Of a DNA stretch of 64,000 nt, positions 40,099-52,187 are shown piece by piece. The position numbers were made by a program, and so were the translations under genes. The notes below the pieces were generated by a model that did not search any database, was not told the origin of the DNA, and was given only the letters and a program-made list of their open reading frames with translations. Within the stretch, counting starts at the first letter, position 1. Each line of letters starts with the position of its first letter. The stretch is from the NCBI GenBank assembly GCA_026770705.1, contig JANJGN010000002.1:49910001-49974000 (forward strand), written 5' to 3'. The stretch comes from Isurus oxyrinchus. Lineage: Eukaryota.

Positions 40099-40866
40099 AA
40101 CTGACCAATCATGCAATGCCCGTCATAACAAACATTTATTACTTGGGGTAAAGAGCTACTTAAATTGTGACAAAAACAAAAAGTCATTCCCAGCATTATA
40201 CAAATAGAATTCAAACATAGCAATATCTTCATAAGTCATTATTGTGCTAATGCTCCCATTTTGGCTACTCATTAAGTATATAAGGGTAACTGGACTAAAA
40301 ATCCAGAGACATGAGTTAAAATTCCACCACAGCAACTGGGGAATTTAAGTATATTTAAATAAATCTGGAATAAAAAGTTAGCATCAGTAATGATGACCAT
40401 GAAACTGCTGGATAGGTGTAAGAACCCATCTGGCTCACTATGTTTTTTAGGGAAAGAAATATGTTGACCTTACCTAGTCTGGCCTATTTGTGACTCTTAA
40501 TGCCTTCTGAAATGGCCTAGCAAGCCATTCAGTTGTGTTCATGAAGGTGGCTCACCACCACCTTCTCAAAGGCAATGAGAGCTAAAGAGTTGCCAGCAAC
40601 ACCTGTGAGTGAATTTAATAAGAAAATAAGTATGACTCGCTTGCTTGATGACAAGCAATTAGTAACCCGATATAGTCAATATGACTGCAAGCTTTTTAGT
40701 TTGGGAGTATTCTCATAGAGTAAATCATTTGCATGGACACTGAGAAACTGACCAATCATGCAATACCTGTCATAACAAACATTTATTACTTGGGTAAAGA
40801 GATACTTAAATGGTGACATAAACAAAAGGAAGTCATTATTCCCACTGGTTGTTATGCAAAATTCAG
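40099..40866 (+). repeat. ~120-bp direct repeat pair (40099-40215 and 40746-40866)
   Basis: Both start aactgaccaatcatgcaat and share gtcataacaaacatttattacttggg. Confidence 0.85.
40283..40625 (+). mobile_element. HE1-type SINE
   Basis: Body aatccagagacatgagtt...tgaccatgaaactgctgga...cccatctggctcact...aaatggcctagcaagcc with a HER1-like tail; taagtat flanks both sides. Confidence 0.8.
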
Positions 40867-41149
40867 AGTTATAGTGCTGGGTCTAACTGTAATCATTACT
40901 GTGTGGCATAATAAAATATTGTGGCTTTTCCCACAGGAAAGATAAAAATGTCCTAAAAAGACAAATGACTACTTGATTCTTCAACGAGATGGAACATGTC
41001 CCTCTTTAATACGATTGTTAAAAATAGTAAAGCTAAACTTTGGTGTACCATATTGTGGAAATTAGCAGCAGTCATGGTTAATAGAAGAAAGGAGATGAAG
41101 GATAAAAAGAAATTAGGAAAAACTAAAAATAAAGGAGAAAGATAAGAAT

Positions 41150-41840
41150 ATATGGAGACTGGTTAAACGAGCTGATTAAATTTGCATAGAAATGTGAGTT
41201 GATGTATTTTGGGAGGAAAGATGAGGAGAAGCAATATAAATAAAAGTAACACTTTTTCATATGATGTAATTCAGGGTAGGTCTTCGGACCACTAACTATG
41301 TGATTGGCTATCTAGTTTCATCAGTACCTATGTGACGAACATTCACGCATGGTCAAACATCGAGGATCATGGTCAGTTATCCAAATTAAATGGTACTACT
41401 TTAAAGGGAGTAGAGGAACAGCGAGACCTGGGGATTCACATGCACAAATCTTTGAAGGTTTCAGCACAAGTTAATAAAGCTGTGAATAAAGTAAATGGCT
41501 TTAAGGCATAGGCTACAAAAACAAAGAAGTTACACTCAAACTTTATGTAGGACCTCAGTCAGAGTAATGTCCAATATGAGCACCAAAATTTATGATGGAT
41601 ATCAAAGCCTTGGAGAGGGTGCACATAATTATTTGCCATAATTATGCCAGTGATGAGGGACTTCAGAAGGACTTGAGAAACTGGAATTGTTTCTCATAGA
41701 GAAGGTTGAGGGAAGATTAATTGATGGAAATTATGAGGGGTTTTGATAGAGTAAATATGGATAAGCTATTTTGACTGGTGGGCTATGTCAGTAACCAACA
41801 AACACAGATTTAAAATGATTGGCAAAAAAGCAGATAAATA
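41150..41840 (+). mobile_element. Old CR1 LINE fragment
   Basis: Contains gagacctgggattcac, gccttggagagggtgca and ggttttgatagagtaaat, all CR1 RT C-terminal motifs. Confidence 0.7.
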
Positions 41841-43595
41841 ATTTGTCAGGGTAAATTGTTGGACACTTATGGCATTGCACTGGCGAGGCCAGGGTTGCTC
41901 ATGTTTAAAAGTCAGCAGTAGCATTTACCTCAGCTGGAATTGAAGAATGCTGTTACTAATGATTAAGTTTATGTAGCAAACTCCAAATGTTGTCTTAGTA
42001 GGCAGTTAACCAATAATGAGGTGGTTTAACATGGCTTTTATGATTTTTTTTACTACTATTAAACATCTCAGCAAACCTTGGAGCATTGCTCAAAAGGAAT
42101 GCTCTTATTAATGCTTTCCACAACGGTTTCCTATGCTGCTAAGTCCCAAGTCTTTGTTTTGCTACGGTAGCACTGTTAGAAAATTAGGACCACTGGTTAT
42201 ATAATTCTTCCCTTACTAATTAGTCAAGCAAATAATGGGACTATGGAGATCAGCAGACCATTCTTATGAGTTGACAACTCAATAATTAAAGACATGCACA
42301 GAAAAGATAAAGAGTTGACGATGACACAAAAACATAATTATTACAATAACTTTATAATTTAAAAACTGTGAACATCATAACAAACAAGAAAAGGCAACGT
42401 CAACTTTAAAACTCAAAATATGTAACTATGTCCAAGTTGATCCACATTGAGATATAGCCACTTGTAAAGGTAATTTGAGTAAAGACATTGGTCATTGACT
42501 AGAAACTCAGGTAGAATCTGACACAAATAAGTATAAGCTTAGTATATCCTGTTAGGGACTATTAACGTTTAAAGAAGAAATCGGAACAGCCAGCAATGAA
42601 CCGACAGAACAACGCCACAAGGTTTCACATTTTTTCAACAAAAACAAACTTTATTGTATATATAAAGAGAAATTAAACAAAGTAACTTAACACTAAAGCT
42701 TAATAAAACTTAAGCTATCAATTCATTTTACTTCCCCCCCCCAGCCCCCCCCCCCCCGCCCCCCTGCCCCACCACCACGAGTTTCCTTATGTAAGGAAAT
42801 CTTGAAGGTTGCTTTTCCTCGGATCAACTCAAAAGGTATAACACAGCTCTCCAGAATTGACTCCAATTTCTCCTCAGTCTTCCAGCAATTCTCCAAGGAT
42901 TGGAGAATCCTAGGATTTCAGGAGGGTCCTTCCATTAGCTTTTGGCAACCCTCCAAAATTCTTGTAGCATCCTCACAGCTCTGCATTCTGCAGCAAGCAC
43001 AGGCCTCCTTGCGATTCCTGCGCAGTGGCTTAAAACATCAGAAACACCCTTGGTTTCTGCTATGGCTTCAATCTGATTGCTTCTAGAACTTCAACTGCAA
43101 TAATGTTAACTGTCTTTCACGAAGAGGATTACTGTAAACGTCTTCCTTTAGCTTTGAGCTAAACAAGCCCTCCAGTCATTTTACCCCTGACCAACTTTGT
43201 CTTATGCTGAATACCAGTTCCCAATTGCAGGCTGCATCATGGATGATAGATCGAGCATTTATTCTACTTCAAGTGTACTTCCAAGGAGCTGCAAGCTACA
43301 TAAGACCCAAAGCTGACACAGGGCGGAATCATCCTAGATTTGCACTAAGTGTGAAAGGAGGTGGGATAAAGGACGTTTTATCCATCGGCTGCAATGGCTG
43401 CTTTTCATGCCATATCCTCCCAATCCATCTCATTAATCGGGCATTCCCGGGAAACACGCTGTTTCAATGGTAGGCAGGCTCTCATTCACCCACCACGCTG
43501 TAACCCCTCCGCTTCCTCAGTTAGGCGCCATATTTAAAGTGCAGCTGCGTGTACACCTCTCAGTGCTTCCAGCCCAGGACTACTCCACAGAAGAC

Positions 43596-45240
43596 ATAGC
43601 CCTGAAGGGCAAGAAGACTGTAGACCCCAATTCAGTGATGCATCCCTGGAATGCCTTTTGGATACTGTGGAGACCCACAGGGATGTCTTCTATCCCCGCT
43701 CTGGCCACAGGAGGGGCAGCAACATCACCAATCTGTCTTGGGAGGCGGTGGCAGTAGTGATGAGTGCCAACACCCTGCAAAAGATGACAGCCACCCAGTG
43801 CCGAAAGAAGATAAATGATCTCTTCCATTCTGCCAGGGTAAGTCACTCATCTCATCACTCTCAACTTACACACTCACAAAACCCATCACACATCCACAAG
43901 GATATCACTCACTGCCAGTTCAAGGGACATCACCATGCACTCTCTCACTTCATTGTCCTCATCTTGTCCATGGGACCACTCAGCACCCACACATGCCAGG
44001 CATACTTGTCAACTGGCCTGGCAGGTATCCTGCTTACACTCTCTCCATCTGTCTTCATGCAGGACAAGCTGGGACACAACAAAAGGAAGAGGTCACAGAT
44101 TGGTGGAGGGATGCCTGAAATCAAGGTCCTCATGGACTTTGAAAATAGAATCATCGAGCTGGCCGGAGAAGATCTGGACCATTCCTGTGCTAACAGTGAA
44201 GTTGGCAGTGCTCAACCAACTGGTCATCCAGCAGTGTAACTTCCATCAGACAACCATGCTGTGAGTGATGCATCCTGTTTCACAGGCCACTGCCATGCAC
44301 TAATTATCTCCCCTTGCTTTTGGAGAATCCTCTGGGAAATAGCTAATGGAGTCCATGACCCAGCTCCTTGACTCAAGAACCAAAGACACCTTGGAAGGAA
44401 TCTATTGAAACCCCAATTGAAGATCCATCACAGCCCTCACCCACACCCTCTACCTGTGTAGAGACACACACCTCGGTGGGACAAAATTTTAGAGTAGCCT
44501 CCGAGTCACAATTTGGTGAGCACATCGCACTGTCTGATCCACAGCAGGTGGTGCCAGGGACTCCTGGCACTCGGAGGACTGCTGGATGCCAGAAATCTGC
44601 TGAGTCCAAGGTCATACCTCAGTTGCTGGAGTTGTTAAGGAAGGAATGTCTGCTGCACCCCTCAGATTGCAAGGCATGATGGAGGGATCCATCTGCCTTC
44701 AGTCTGAGGTGAAAGCACCAGCATACCAAAGCACCGAAGTCAACACTGGTAGGATGGTGACCACCATGGAGACCTTGGTTCAGGACTTGAGTCCTGCACT
44801 GCAGCACGGGCTGAACGCCATCGCTGATGCCATGGCTGCCTCCAACAGTGTTGATGCAAGAGGGCTGTGCAGCAGCTCGATCTCACTGCAGCCTTCCCTG
44901 TACCTCTAGGAGTCAGCCCAGGGCCCTTGGGCACGCAGAAAGAGAAGGATCAGCAGGTGCACACCCCAGGGCCATTCACCCAGGTGACTCCGGGAGTGTC
45001 TAGCCCATCTAAATCCCCTCTGTCTGTGATTCCAGTTCCACAGGCCAAGGAGGGTGCCACTGCCACACAGTTGGACTATGAAGGCAGGCCGGGGTCCTCA
45101 AGGTCTCAGCCCTCCAGATGACGCCCATCAAGGTCATCACAACAGGGCGTAGCAGCCAGGAGGCTGCCTCCACCTCCGCTGTGGATGTCAGGGGAGCACC
45201 AAGATGTAGTGGCAGGATTAGTAAAGTTAAGAAGATGTAG
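43596..45240 (+). pseudogene. Harbinger Myb/SANT protein pseudogene (about 3 exons)
   Basis: DTVETHRDVFYPRSG...SWEAVA...TATQCRKKINDLFHSAR|gtaagt (43838) ... catgcag|DKLGHNKRKRSQIGGGMPEIKVLMDFENRIIELAGE; AATAAA near 45285. Confidence 0.88.
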
Positions 45241-45939
45241 TTGCACAGCCTGGGCACAGGTGTTAATCACACATACACTGTTGTAAATAAAATCCAAAAA
45301 TGGTTTCTTGTTATGATGAGCAGTGTTTCTGTCACTCAGATATGAAACCTTGGTTCCTGCACAAGATAAAGGTAGGTATCTCAGTCCAGGACCTCTTCCT
45401 TGTGCAGTGTGGAACCTTCAGACCAAAGTGATGGTCTGGCTTCACACTCACTCTTCACATTACTGATGCCTTTACCTCAATGATGCTTGTCATTGCTGTC
45501 TGAATATTGTGGGTAGGCATCACTGAGTTCCATCATTCTCTCTGTTTGCTCTCAGCACCAATGAGGTGGGGCTGGCCCCCATCTCTTCAGCATCTGTGAC
45601 TGGTGATGCTGTGCTTCTGAAGGGCTCAGATGCTGAAGGCTGACAAAGGATCAGGTGCATTTAAAGTTTCATGGCTGCATCTCCATGATATGACCCTGAT
45701 CACAGAGCGCAAGGGAGCTGCCCTCAACCAGACAGGAGTCAGACATTCATAGAGGCCAGGTTAAGATCTGTGGAGTGTTCTCATTGCATGTCGTCATCAT
45801 CCTCCTGAAATCTAGTAACTATTAGGGCCTCCATTGCGTCTCCATGACAGGAGCCTGTGCACTAATGGTATGTACACTGCCATCAGCCAGACTGAAGTTA
45901 AACATTCACAGATGCAATGTGAGAATCTATGGTGTCTCC

Positions 45940-48035
45940 TCACTGCATGTTGTCATCATCCTCCACAAATCTAGCAGCTATGCGGACCCCCTGAGCACGC
46001 CTGCCTTGTCTGGCCAGTGTGAGGGTCTCAACGCTGTCATCATTGCCTTTGAGGACCTCCTCATCCTCATCCCCGACAACGTCCTCCTCATCGGTGGAGA
46101 CTTCCAGCTCCTCCATCTCCTCCTCAGATAGTTCCTCTCCCTGTTGCAGCATTAGGTTGTAAAGGGCGCAGCAGATGATGACAATGCATGACACCCTCTG
46201 TGGAATGTATTGCAGGACTCCACCGGATCCAAGTGCTGGAACCTCATTTTCAGCATCCCGATGGTTTGTTGTACCAAGGTGCGAGCTGCAGCATGAGCCT
46301 CGTTATACCTTCACTCTGCTGCAGTCTGAGGCCGCCACACAGGTGTCATCATCTATGTCCTCTGTTGGTAGCCATTGTCCCCGAGGATCCATCCCTGCAG
46401 CCTCTGTGGATCCTGGAAGATGCCAGGGATCTGAGACTTGCTAAGGATGTAGGAGTCAAGGACACCCCATGGAAACTGTGCGCAGACCTGCAGGATGCTT
46501 TTGTGGTAGTCGCACACCAGTTGAACATTCAGCAAGTGAAATCCTCTGCAGTTCACATGGAGATCCGAGTGCCACATGAGTGCAGTCGATGGCTCCCTGC
46601 ACCAGTAGGAAACTTGAGATCTGACCAAAGCCCAGCGTTCTTGCATCCTGGCTGCCCTGTCCCAGGTGACTGCAAAAAATTGTGTGGCCTCGCAAAGATG
46701 ATGTCTGTGACCTCATGAATGCATTTGTGGGTGGAGCTTGTGATATCCCACAGAGCCCTGTAAGGAGCCACTGGCATAAAAACTGAGTGCCACTGTCACT
46801 TTCACGGCCGCTGACAGTGGATGCCCTTCATGTCCCTGTGATATCCTGGCTAAGTTTGCAGATGATACAAAGATAGGTGGAGAGACAGGTAGTATTGAGG
46901 AGGCGGGGAGGCTGCAGAAGGATTTGGACAGGTTAGGAGAATGGGCAAAGTGGCAGATGGAACACAACGTGGGGAAATGTGAGGTCATGCACTTTGATAG
47001 GAAGAATAGAGGCATAGACTATTTTCTAAATGGGGAGGTAATTCAGAAACCTGGAGTGCAGAGGGACTTGGGAGGCCTAGTCCAGGATTGTCTTAAGGTT
47101 AACTTGCAGGTTGAGTCGGTAGTTAGGAAGGCAAATGCAATGTTGGCAATTATTACAAGAGGACTAGAATATAAAAGCAGGGATGTGCTGCTGAGGCTTT
47201 ATAAGGCTCTGGTCAGACCACATTTAGAATATTGTGAGCAATTTTGGGCCCCGTAACTCAGGAAGGATGTGCTGGCCTTGGAGAGGGTCCAGAGGAGGTT
47301 CACGAGAATGATCTCAGGAATGAAAGGCTTAACATATGAGGAACGTTTGAGGACTCTGGGTCTATACTCGATGGAGTTTAGAAGGATGAGGTGGGATCTG
47401 ATTGAAACTTACAGAATACTGAAAGGCCTGGATAGAGTGGACATGGGGAAGATGTTTCCATTAGTAGGAGAGACTAGGACCCGAGCGCACAGCCTCAGAG
47501 TAAAGGGAAGACCTTTTAGAACAGAGATGAGGAGAAATGTCTTTAGCCAGAGAGTGATGAATCTATGGAATTCATTGCCACAGAAGGCTGTGGAGGCCAG
47601 GTTATTGAGTGTATTTAAGACTGAGATAGATAGGTTTTTGATTGGTAAGGCGATCAAAGGTTACAGGGAGAAGGTGGGAGAATGGGGTTGAGAAACTTAT
47701 CATCCATGATTGAATGGCGGAGCAGATTCGATGGGCTGAATGGCCTAATTTCTGCTCCTGTGTCTTATGATGTTATGGACACCAAATCCTGCAGATGTGA
47801 CTGACCAGTTCCTTGGACATGCGCAGTTTTCAGCAACACTGGTTCTCAGTCATCCGCAGGAACGAAAGGCAGTGTCTATAGACCATGGGTCTAGCTAGGC
47901 ACCGGCCAGTGATGGCTTGCTGTGGCTCTTCAATGGTGGGAGCAGAAGCCCCAGCCGCCCCTTCTTCATAAGGGTTCCCAGCCACCTACCTCCGTCATTC
48001 TCTTCTCCTTTGTTTGCTAGGTCACCAGGCTCCAT
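45940..48035 (-). pseudogene. Harbinger DDE transposase pseudogene, interrupted by CR1
   Basis: GHPLSAAVKVTVALSFYASGS...VQGAIDCTHVAL...GFHLLNVQLVCD...DSYIL...GWILGDNGY...CCALYNL plus an acidic tail. Confidence 0.92.
46843..47775 (+). mobile_element. Young CR1 LINE 3' fragment
   Basis: KFADDTK...LYKALVRPHLEYCEQFWAP*...LERVQRRFTRMI...FSQRVMNLWNSLP; nearly intact reading frame and complete tail. Confidence 0.95.
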
Positions 48036-50109
48036 GTTCCTGATGTACTCCTCCTGCAGGATAAAAGAGGGAGATGCATGGGTTAGCTTGGGTGTTCTAA
48101 GAACCTTTCTTGGTTAACTCTGAAGGACCCTTAATGCATTCTAGAGAGTGCTGGCCACCATTTGGATGGCCAAAGCTTAGTGTGTTACATGGCTGTCCGA
48201 AACCCCACCCCACTCCGCCCCACTCCACCTGACCAATTGGCGGGAGCTTTGCCCACTGGACGGCATGCTATGCTCTCAGCTCAGGCATTCTCTGAACCCA
48301 CACTGCAAGGCTGAGCTGTTAGCTTGAACCATGGGGGAGACTGATCCAAACCGGAATGATGACATTGTGAGGGGCTGTGAGCAGCTCCATCACCAGCTTT
48401 AGCAAGGAGATTGTACAATGTGCTCAGTCGTCCAATTGTTCTGCAGCCCACTAAAGCGCTCATTAGTTTGCAGTCTGTGCCCGAGGGGTGAAAATCTTTG
48501 CAGCACATAGTGGCACTTTGATGCCTCTGCATTGCTTGAGTGGCAGATAAGATAGAGGCTCAACTCCAAGCATATCAATGTGACTGCACCTGAACTGTCT
48601 CAGCTGCAGAGGAATGTTCACTTTATACAAGGTTCCCCTAATGCCTGGCCACTTCCCACCCAACACCGCATGTGCTTGTGTGCTTCCATCAACCGCAGGG
48701 CAGCCCTTGATCCCCCCAATTCACCTCGACTGCAGGGCAGCTCTTGCCCCGCACTGCACTTCAGCCAGCTGGGAAGAAACAACTTGCCTGTGCCCTTGCC
48801 TGAATGGGCAATGCCTCAAACTTGTGGTCCAATAGGCGACCCTCGTGAGAGCTGCGCAACCTTACGTGCACTCAACTCCGAGTTCCTCTCGAGGTGCAGC
48901 TTGCCAGCTGTACGCCTTATAAGTGCCATTCTGTAACTCGCCAACATGCTCGGATAATCCAGCATTGGGGGATGATTCCGGCGAGCTGGGCTTATATGCA
49001 ATGCTATTACAATGAAGTTCCCGATGTCCAGCGGCAGGAAATGTAGCCCGCCATTGACAGGCAGAGCAGACTGTTGCAAATACGTTTCATGATGGCTTGA
49101 AACCAATTTTTGGCCTTCCTGCCATATTGTTTGCTCACGCCCGCCATGATGCCCGATGCCAGTGGACACAGAATATTTTGTCCACAGTCTCTTAGCTGCT
49201 TTTTCATACATCAACCAGTCCTGCCTGCTGGCTATGCTTTAACTGGATTCACTGAGATGAACTCAAAATAAAGAATCTCACTAGGCTCCACCCATCTCCA
49301 TGGCAATGAGACACACCCGGCCTGTTCCCAGGTAGAAGTGTAAATTATCTATCTTTTAATTCCAAAGCCTTCCACATGAATAACATTTATTTTACTGCAA
49401 TAACTGCAGGCATCACATCTTCAATTCTTTAGCTAAGTAAGACCACCTACCATTTTATGAGTCTCACACTTTTACTCTGACTTTTGAATTGTAATTATCT
49501 TAAGATTGTGTGATTTGGTAGCCTCTAGATATTTATCTGTGTTTCTTTTTCCCCACTGAACTTACATTTAAAATTCAATTTCTAAAATTAAAAAGCTATA
49601 CCTCTAAAACATATGAACTATGATATTAGGCATACATAACTATATTATCATGGCAGTGTCTTCTGGATGATTTGTCGACAATAGATTTTGTATGAGATTT
49701 AAGAATATGATCATTTGCTTTGAACAAGGTATTAAGGACATTCAATTCTAGCCAGGTAGTCCTAGCAACTTGTAGTTTAAACTTTCAGACATCAGTCTTA
49801 GCAACTGTCTCAAATAGAGGCTCAGTGCAAATAGTGCTCAGTCTTGATGGTGCCCTAAAACTAACTGTAAAAAAAATGTGATGAGTCTTCATCTCCCCAG
49901 TTGTGAGGGAGCTACCAAACTTTATCTTTGGACAGTGAACAAGCATTCCAATTAATCAAAAAAAAATCAGAATTCTTCAGAAGAAAACTGAAGATGACTA
50001 ATGCAATGGCATATCTTACAGTTTATGTCACAGCAAAGCTTCACAATTTAATTCAAAAATATATATTATGCGTAACTTAAACTAGGTAGGTAATTAACCA
50101 TATTCCAAG

Positions 50110-50295
50110 AGGGGCAGTAGACATCTCCCTTTGTCAGAGAGAGACAAGTACTTATGCAGCTTGAGGGGCACCACTCGCACCAAATGTGGATCAGGGTGAG
50201 CAAGCAGGTCCTAAGTCTACCTTAGCTGGAATGGGAATTGAACCTGTTGATATTATTCTGACACTCTAGCCATGGTGTTAGCCAGCCCCCAGAAC
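50110..50295 (-). mobile_element. tRNA-derived SINE-like fragment
   Basis: Minus-strand B-box-like GGTTCAATTCCC near 50232-50243. Confidence 0.4.
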
Positions 50296-50320
50296 TTAAA
50301 CTGTCAGTAACTATATTTCA

Positions 50321-51394
50321 TGTTGTGAGGGACTAAGACCTCGCCCTCTATCTTTTTTTATAAGATATATAGGGATATGCTCATTGTTGTCTCTAAAAAT
50401 TTCAAACAGGACAAAGACTTAAAATGGCTGAAGCTATGCCTGCCTGTGACCCCAAAGAAAAGAAGCTACCTGGCAGCATCAGGGAAACTCACACATCATT
50501 ATTCCTGAAAAACACTAATGACCCCCTGTGGTCTGCACATACCACATTCAAAAAGAGCTATGAAAAGGCCATCTGAATTTCACATCCCATGCTGACCAAC
50601 AGGAGTCTGCTTGTCTGCTAAGACAAAGGGCCCAGAACCTTCCTTTCAATTTTAATGGTTGAGACATTTAACAATATTGGGGACCCAGATGAGGGATACA
50701 CATCTTTTGTCAAAGACAGCGTGGAGAGGTGGGAGCCATGTGCCATGGGCCTCTGGCTTTTGGAGCCAGTAATATTGCCTTGCTAAACTGCAAAGTCGCA
50801 ATTTGTTTTTTTTTTACTATCTAACTAGCAGCATCACAGAAAAGGAGCTCTGCTAAGGTTGGACACACGGCCCCATCTACACTGCTTCAGCTGGAAATTC
50901 ATGTATCGTTACCTACAAGACTGATTCATCTCTGTATGCTTATCTCATTGTGTGAAACTAACACCATTGGAAAAGTGAATTATCCATCATCAGTTTTCAG
51001 CTTACTGACCTCGGTGAAGGAATGTCTTATTGGACTTTGATTCTGGACTCTAACCCACGTGAATCAACATTTCTTTTCTCTGTGATCTCTGCACTATAAA
51101 TCTTTATTTTCTCTATCCTTCTTTTACTGTGCAAAGGAGACAACGTTGCAATCCTCCTCTTGCATTTGAGTGGGTGCAAATAGACTAACCCTTTGACTTC
51201 GTCCTATCTTGAGTTTGCTGTGGGATAATTAATAAAAAATTGGATCACACCAAAACTGAGGGGTTGGGAAATACACCATTGCTTATAAAGGGGGAAGCAA
51301 ATCAACAACACTTTTCTATTTATGGATGGGCGATGAAAGGAAAAGTTAGTGCTGTTTAAATTAACACCCCCCCCATCACCTCCTGTCCATAATA
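50321..51394 (+). mobile_element. Probable solo LTR (~1.07 kb)
   Basis: TGTTGTGA start and tccataata end (decayed TG..CA inverted ends), AATAAA at 51231; no clear TSD. Confidence 0.35.
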
Positions 51395-51755
51395 TAAAGA
51401 AGTAAAATCTTTTTTTATATCAGAATACATAACGTATGACAACATTAAATACATCTAAGGCAGGATTTACAAATAAAAATGTTTATTAAGATCAAAAACT
51501 GCCTGATAGTGAAGTGCAATCTTCCACATGCATACAATTTTCCTCCTTTTTGAATCTAATCGCCATTTTAGCAGTACTGGTATAAAATTTGCATACAAAC
51601 AATTTAGCAGTGAAGATCTTAGAATATTTCTGACAGAATACCATTGCTGGTGATCACCAGGAATTTTTTTCCTTGGTTTGAGGAATGTTTTGAATCCATT
51701 CAGCATATGTTCTCTGCAGTTTTCTCTGCTCTAATTCTTCCATGCTTCTCGACAG

Positions 51756-51906
51756 CTCCAGATGGTGTGCTGCCTCCAAGGCTCTCATCTGCCACTCCGA
51801 CCAGTCTTCAGGTTGCCTGGTCTGCACCAGCTCGTAATAATGCTCCAGGCTTGCCCAGCTACCAGCTTCAGACAAGGCTCCTACATTCCACTGGTGAAAT
51901 TTCAGA
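51756..51906 (+). CDS. USH2A: Usherin internal coding exon (equivalent to human exon 39), N-terminal half of an FN3 domain
   Basis: Pyrimidine tract + cag acceptor at 51753-51755 and GTATGT donor at 51907. The 151 nt translate (A)PDGVLPPRLSSATPTSLQVAWSAPARNNAPGLPSYQLQTRLLHSTGEIS, matching human usherin APDGVLPPRLSSATPTSLQVVWSTPARNNAPGSPRYQLQMR as I recall it. Confidence 0.96.
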
Positions 51907-52187
51907 GTATGTAGTGTGAAGACCTGTTTTAGCTGATGATTCTTTTTCAATAATTGAAATGACATTTTTACTGGTTTACATTATAATGAGATTTCTTTAG
52001 TTTAATAAAAATGAAAATAAATTAGTTGCCATTGTATTTGATGTATTTTAGCTGCATTTGAATATCAAAACAAAAAGTTAAATTTAATGGGATTTAAACT
52101 TAGTCTGGCTTAAAAAGTTACAAATTTAAATAATTTACTTTTATTTCTCCTGATTTATATGTATATGCTGGAGAAATGGACCCATAA

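Larger units (their letters stand above)
43321..49183 (+). mobile_element. PIF/Harbinger DNA transposon B (complete structure, inactivated)
   Basis: TIRs GGGCGGAATCATC and (reverse complement) GGACAAAATATTC; TSD ACA at 43318-43320 and 49184-49186; Myb gene on +, transposase on -. Confidence 0.92.
42550..49641 (-). mobile_element. Probable LTR-like element (~1.2 kb) split by Harbinger B
   Basis: TGTTAGG start and cataac end; minus-strand AATAAA near 42650; the flanks of Harbinger B join into continuous sequence. No clean TSD. Confidence 0.35.

Noticed and set aside
41290-41330. Minus-strand CTGATGA as a hammerhead core or snoRNA C box
   Set aside because: No GAAA after the putative stem II, and C/D spacing and terminal stem are unconvincing.
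42734-42775. Poly-C tract
   Set aside because: Simple low-complexity run inside a repeat.
1-51755. Search for the preceding USH2A exon (GNNYTLL...AMPPG-like) and, after 57609, the following exon (KPGPV...)
   Set aside because: No matching translation found by eye; both probably lie outside the window, implying an upstream intron longer than 51 kb.
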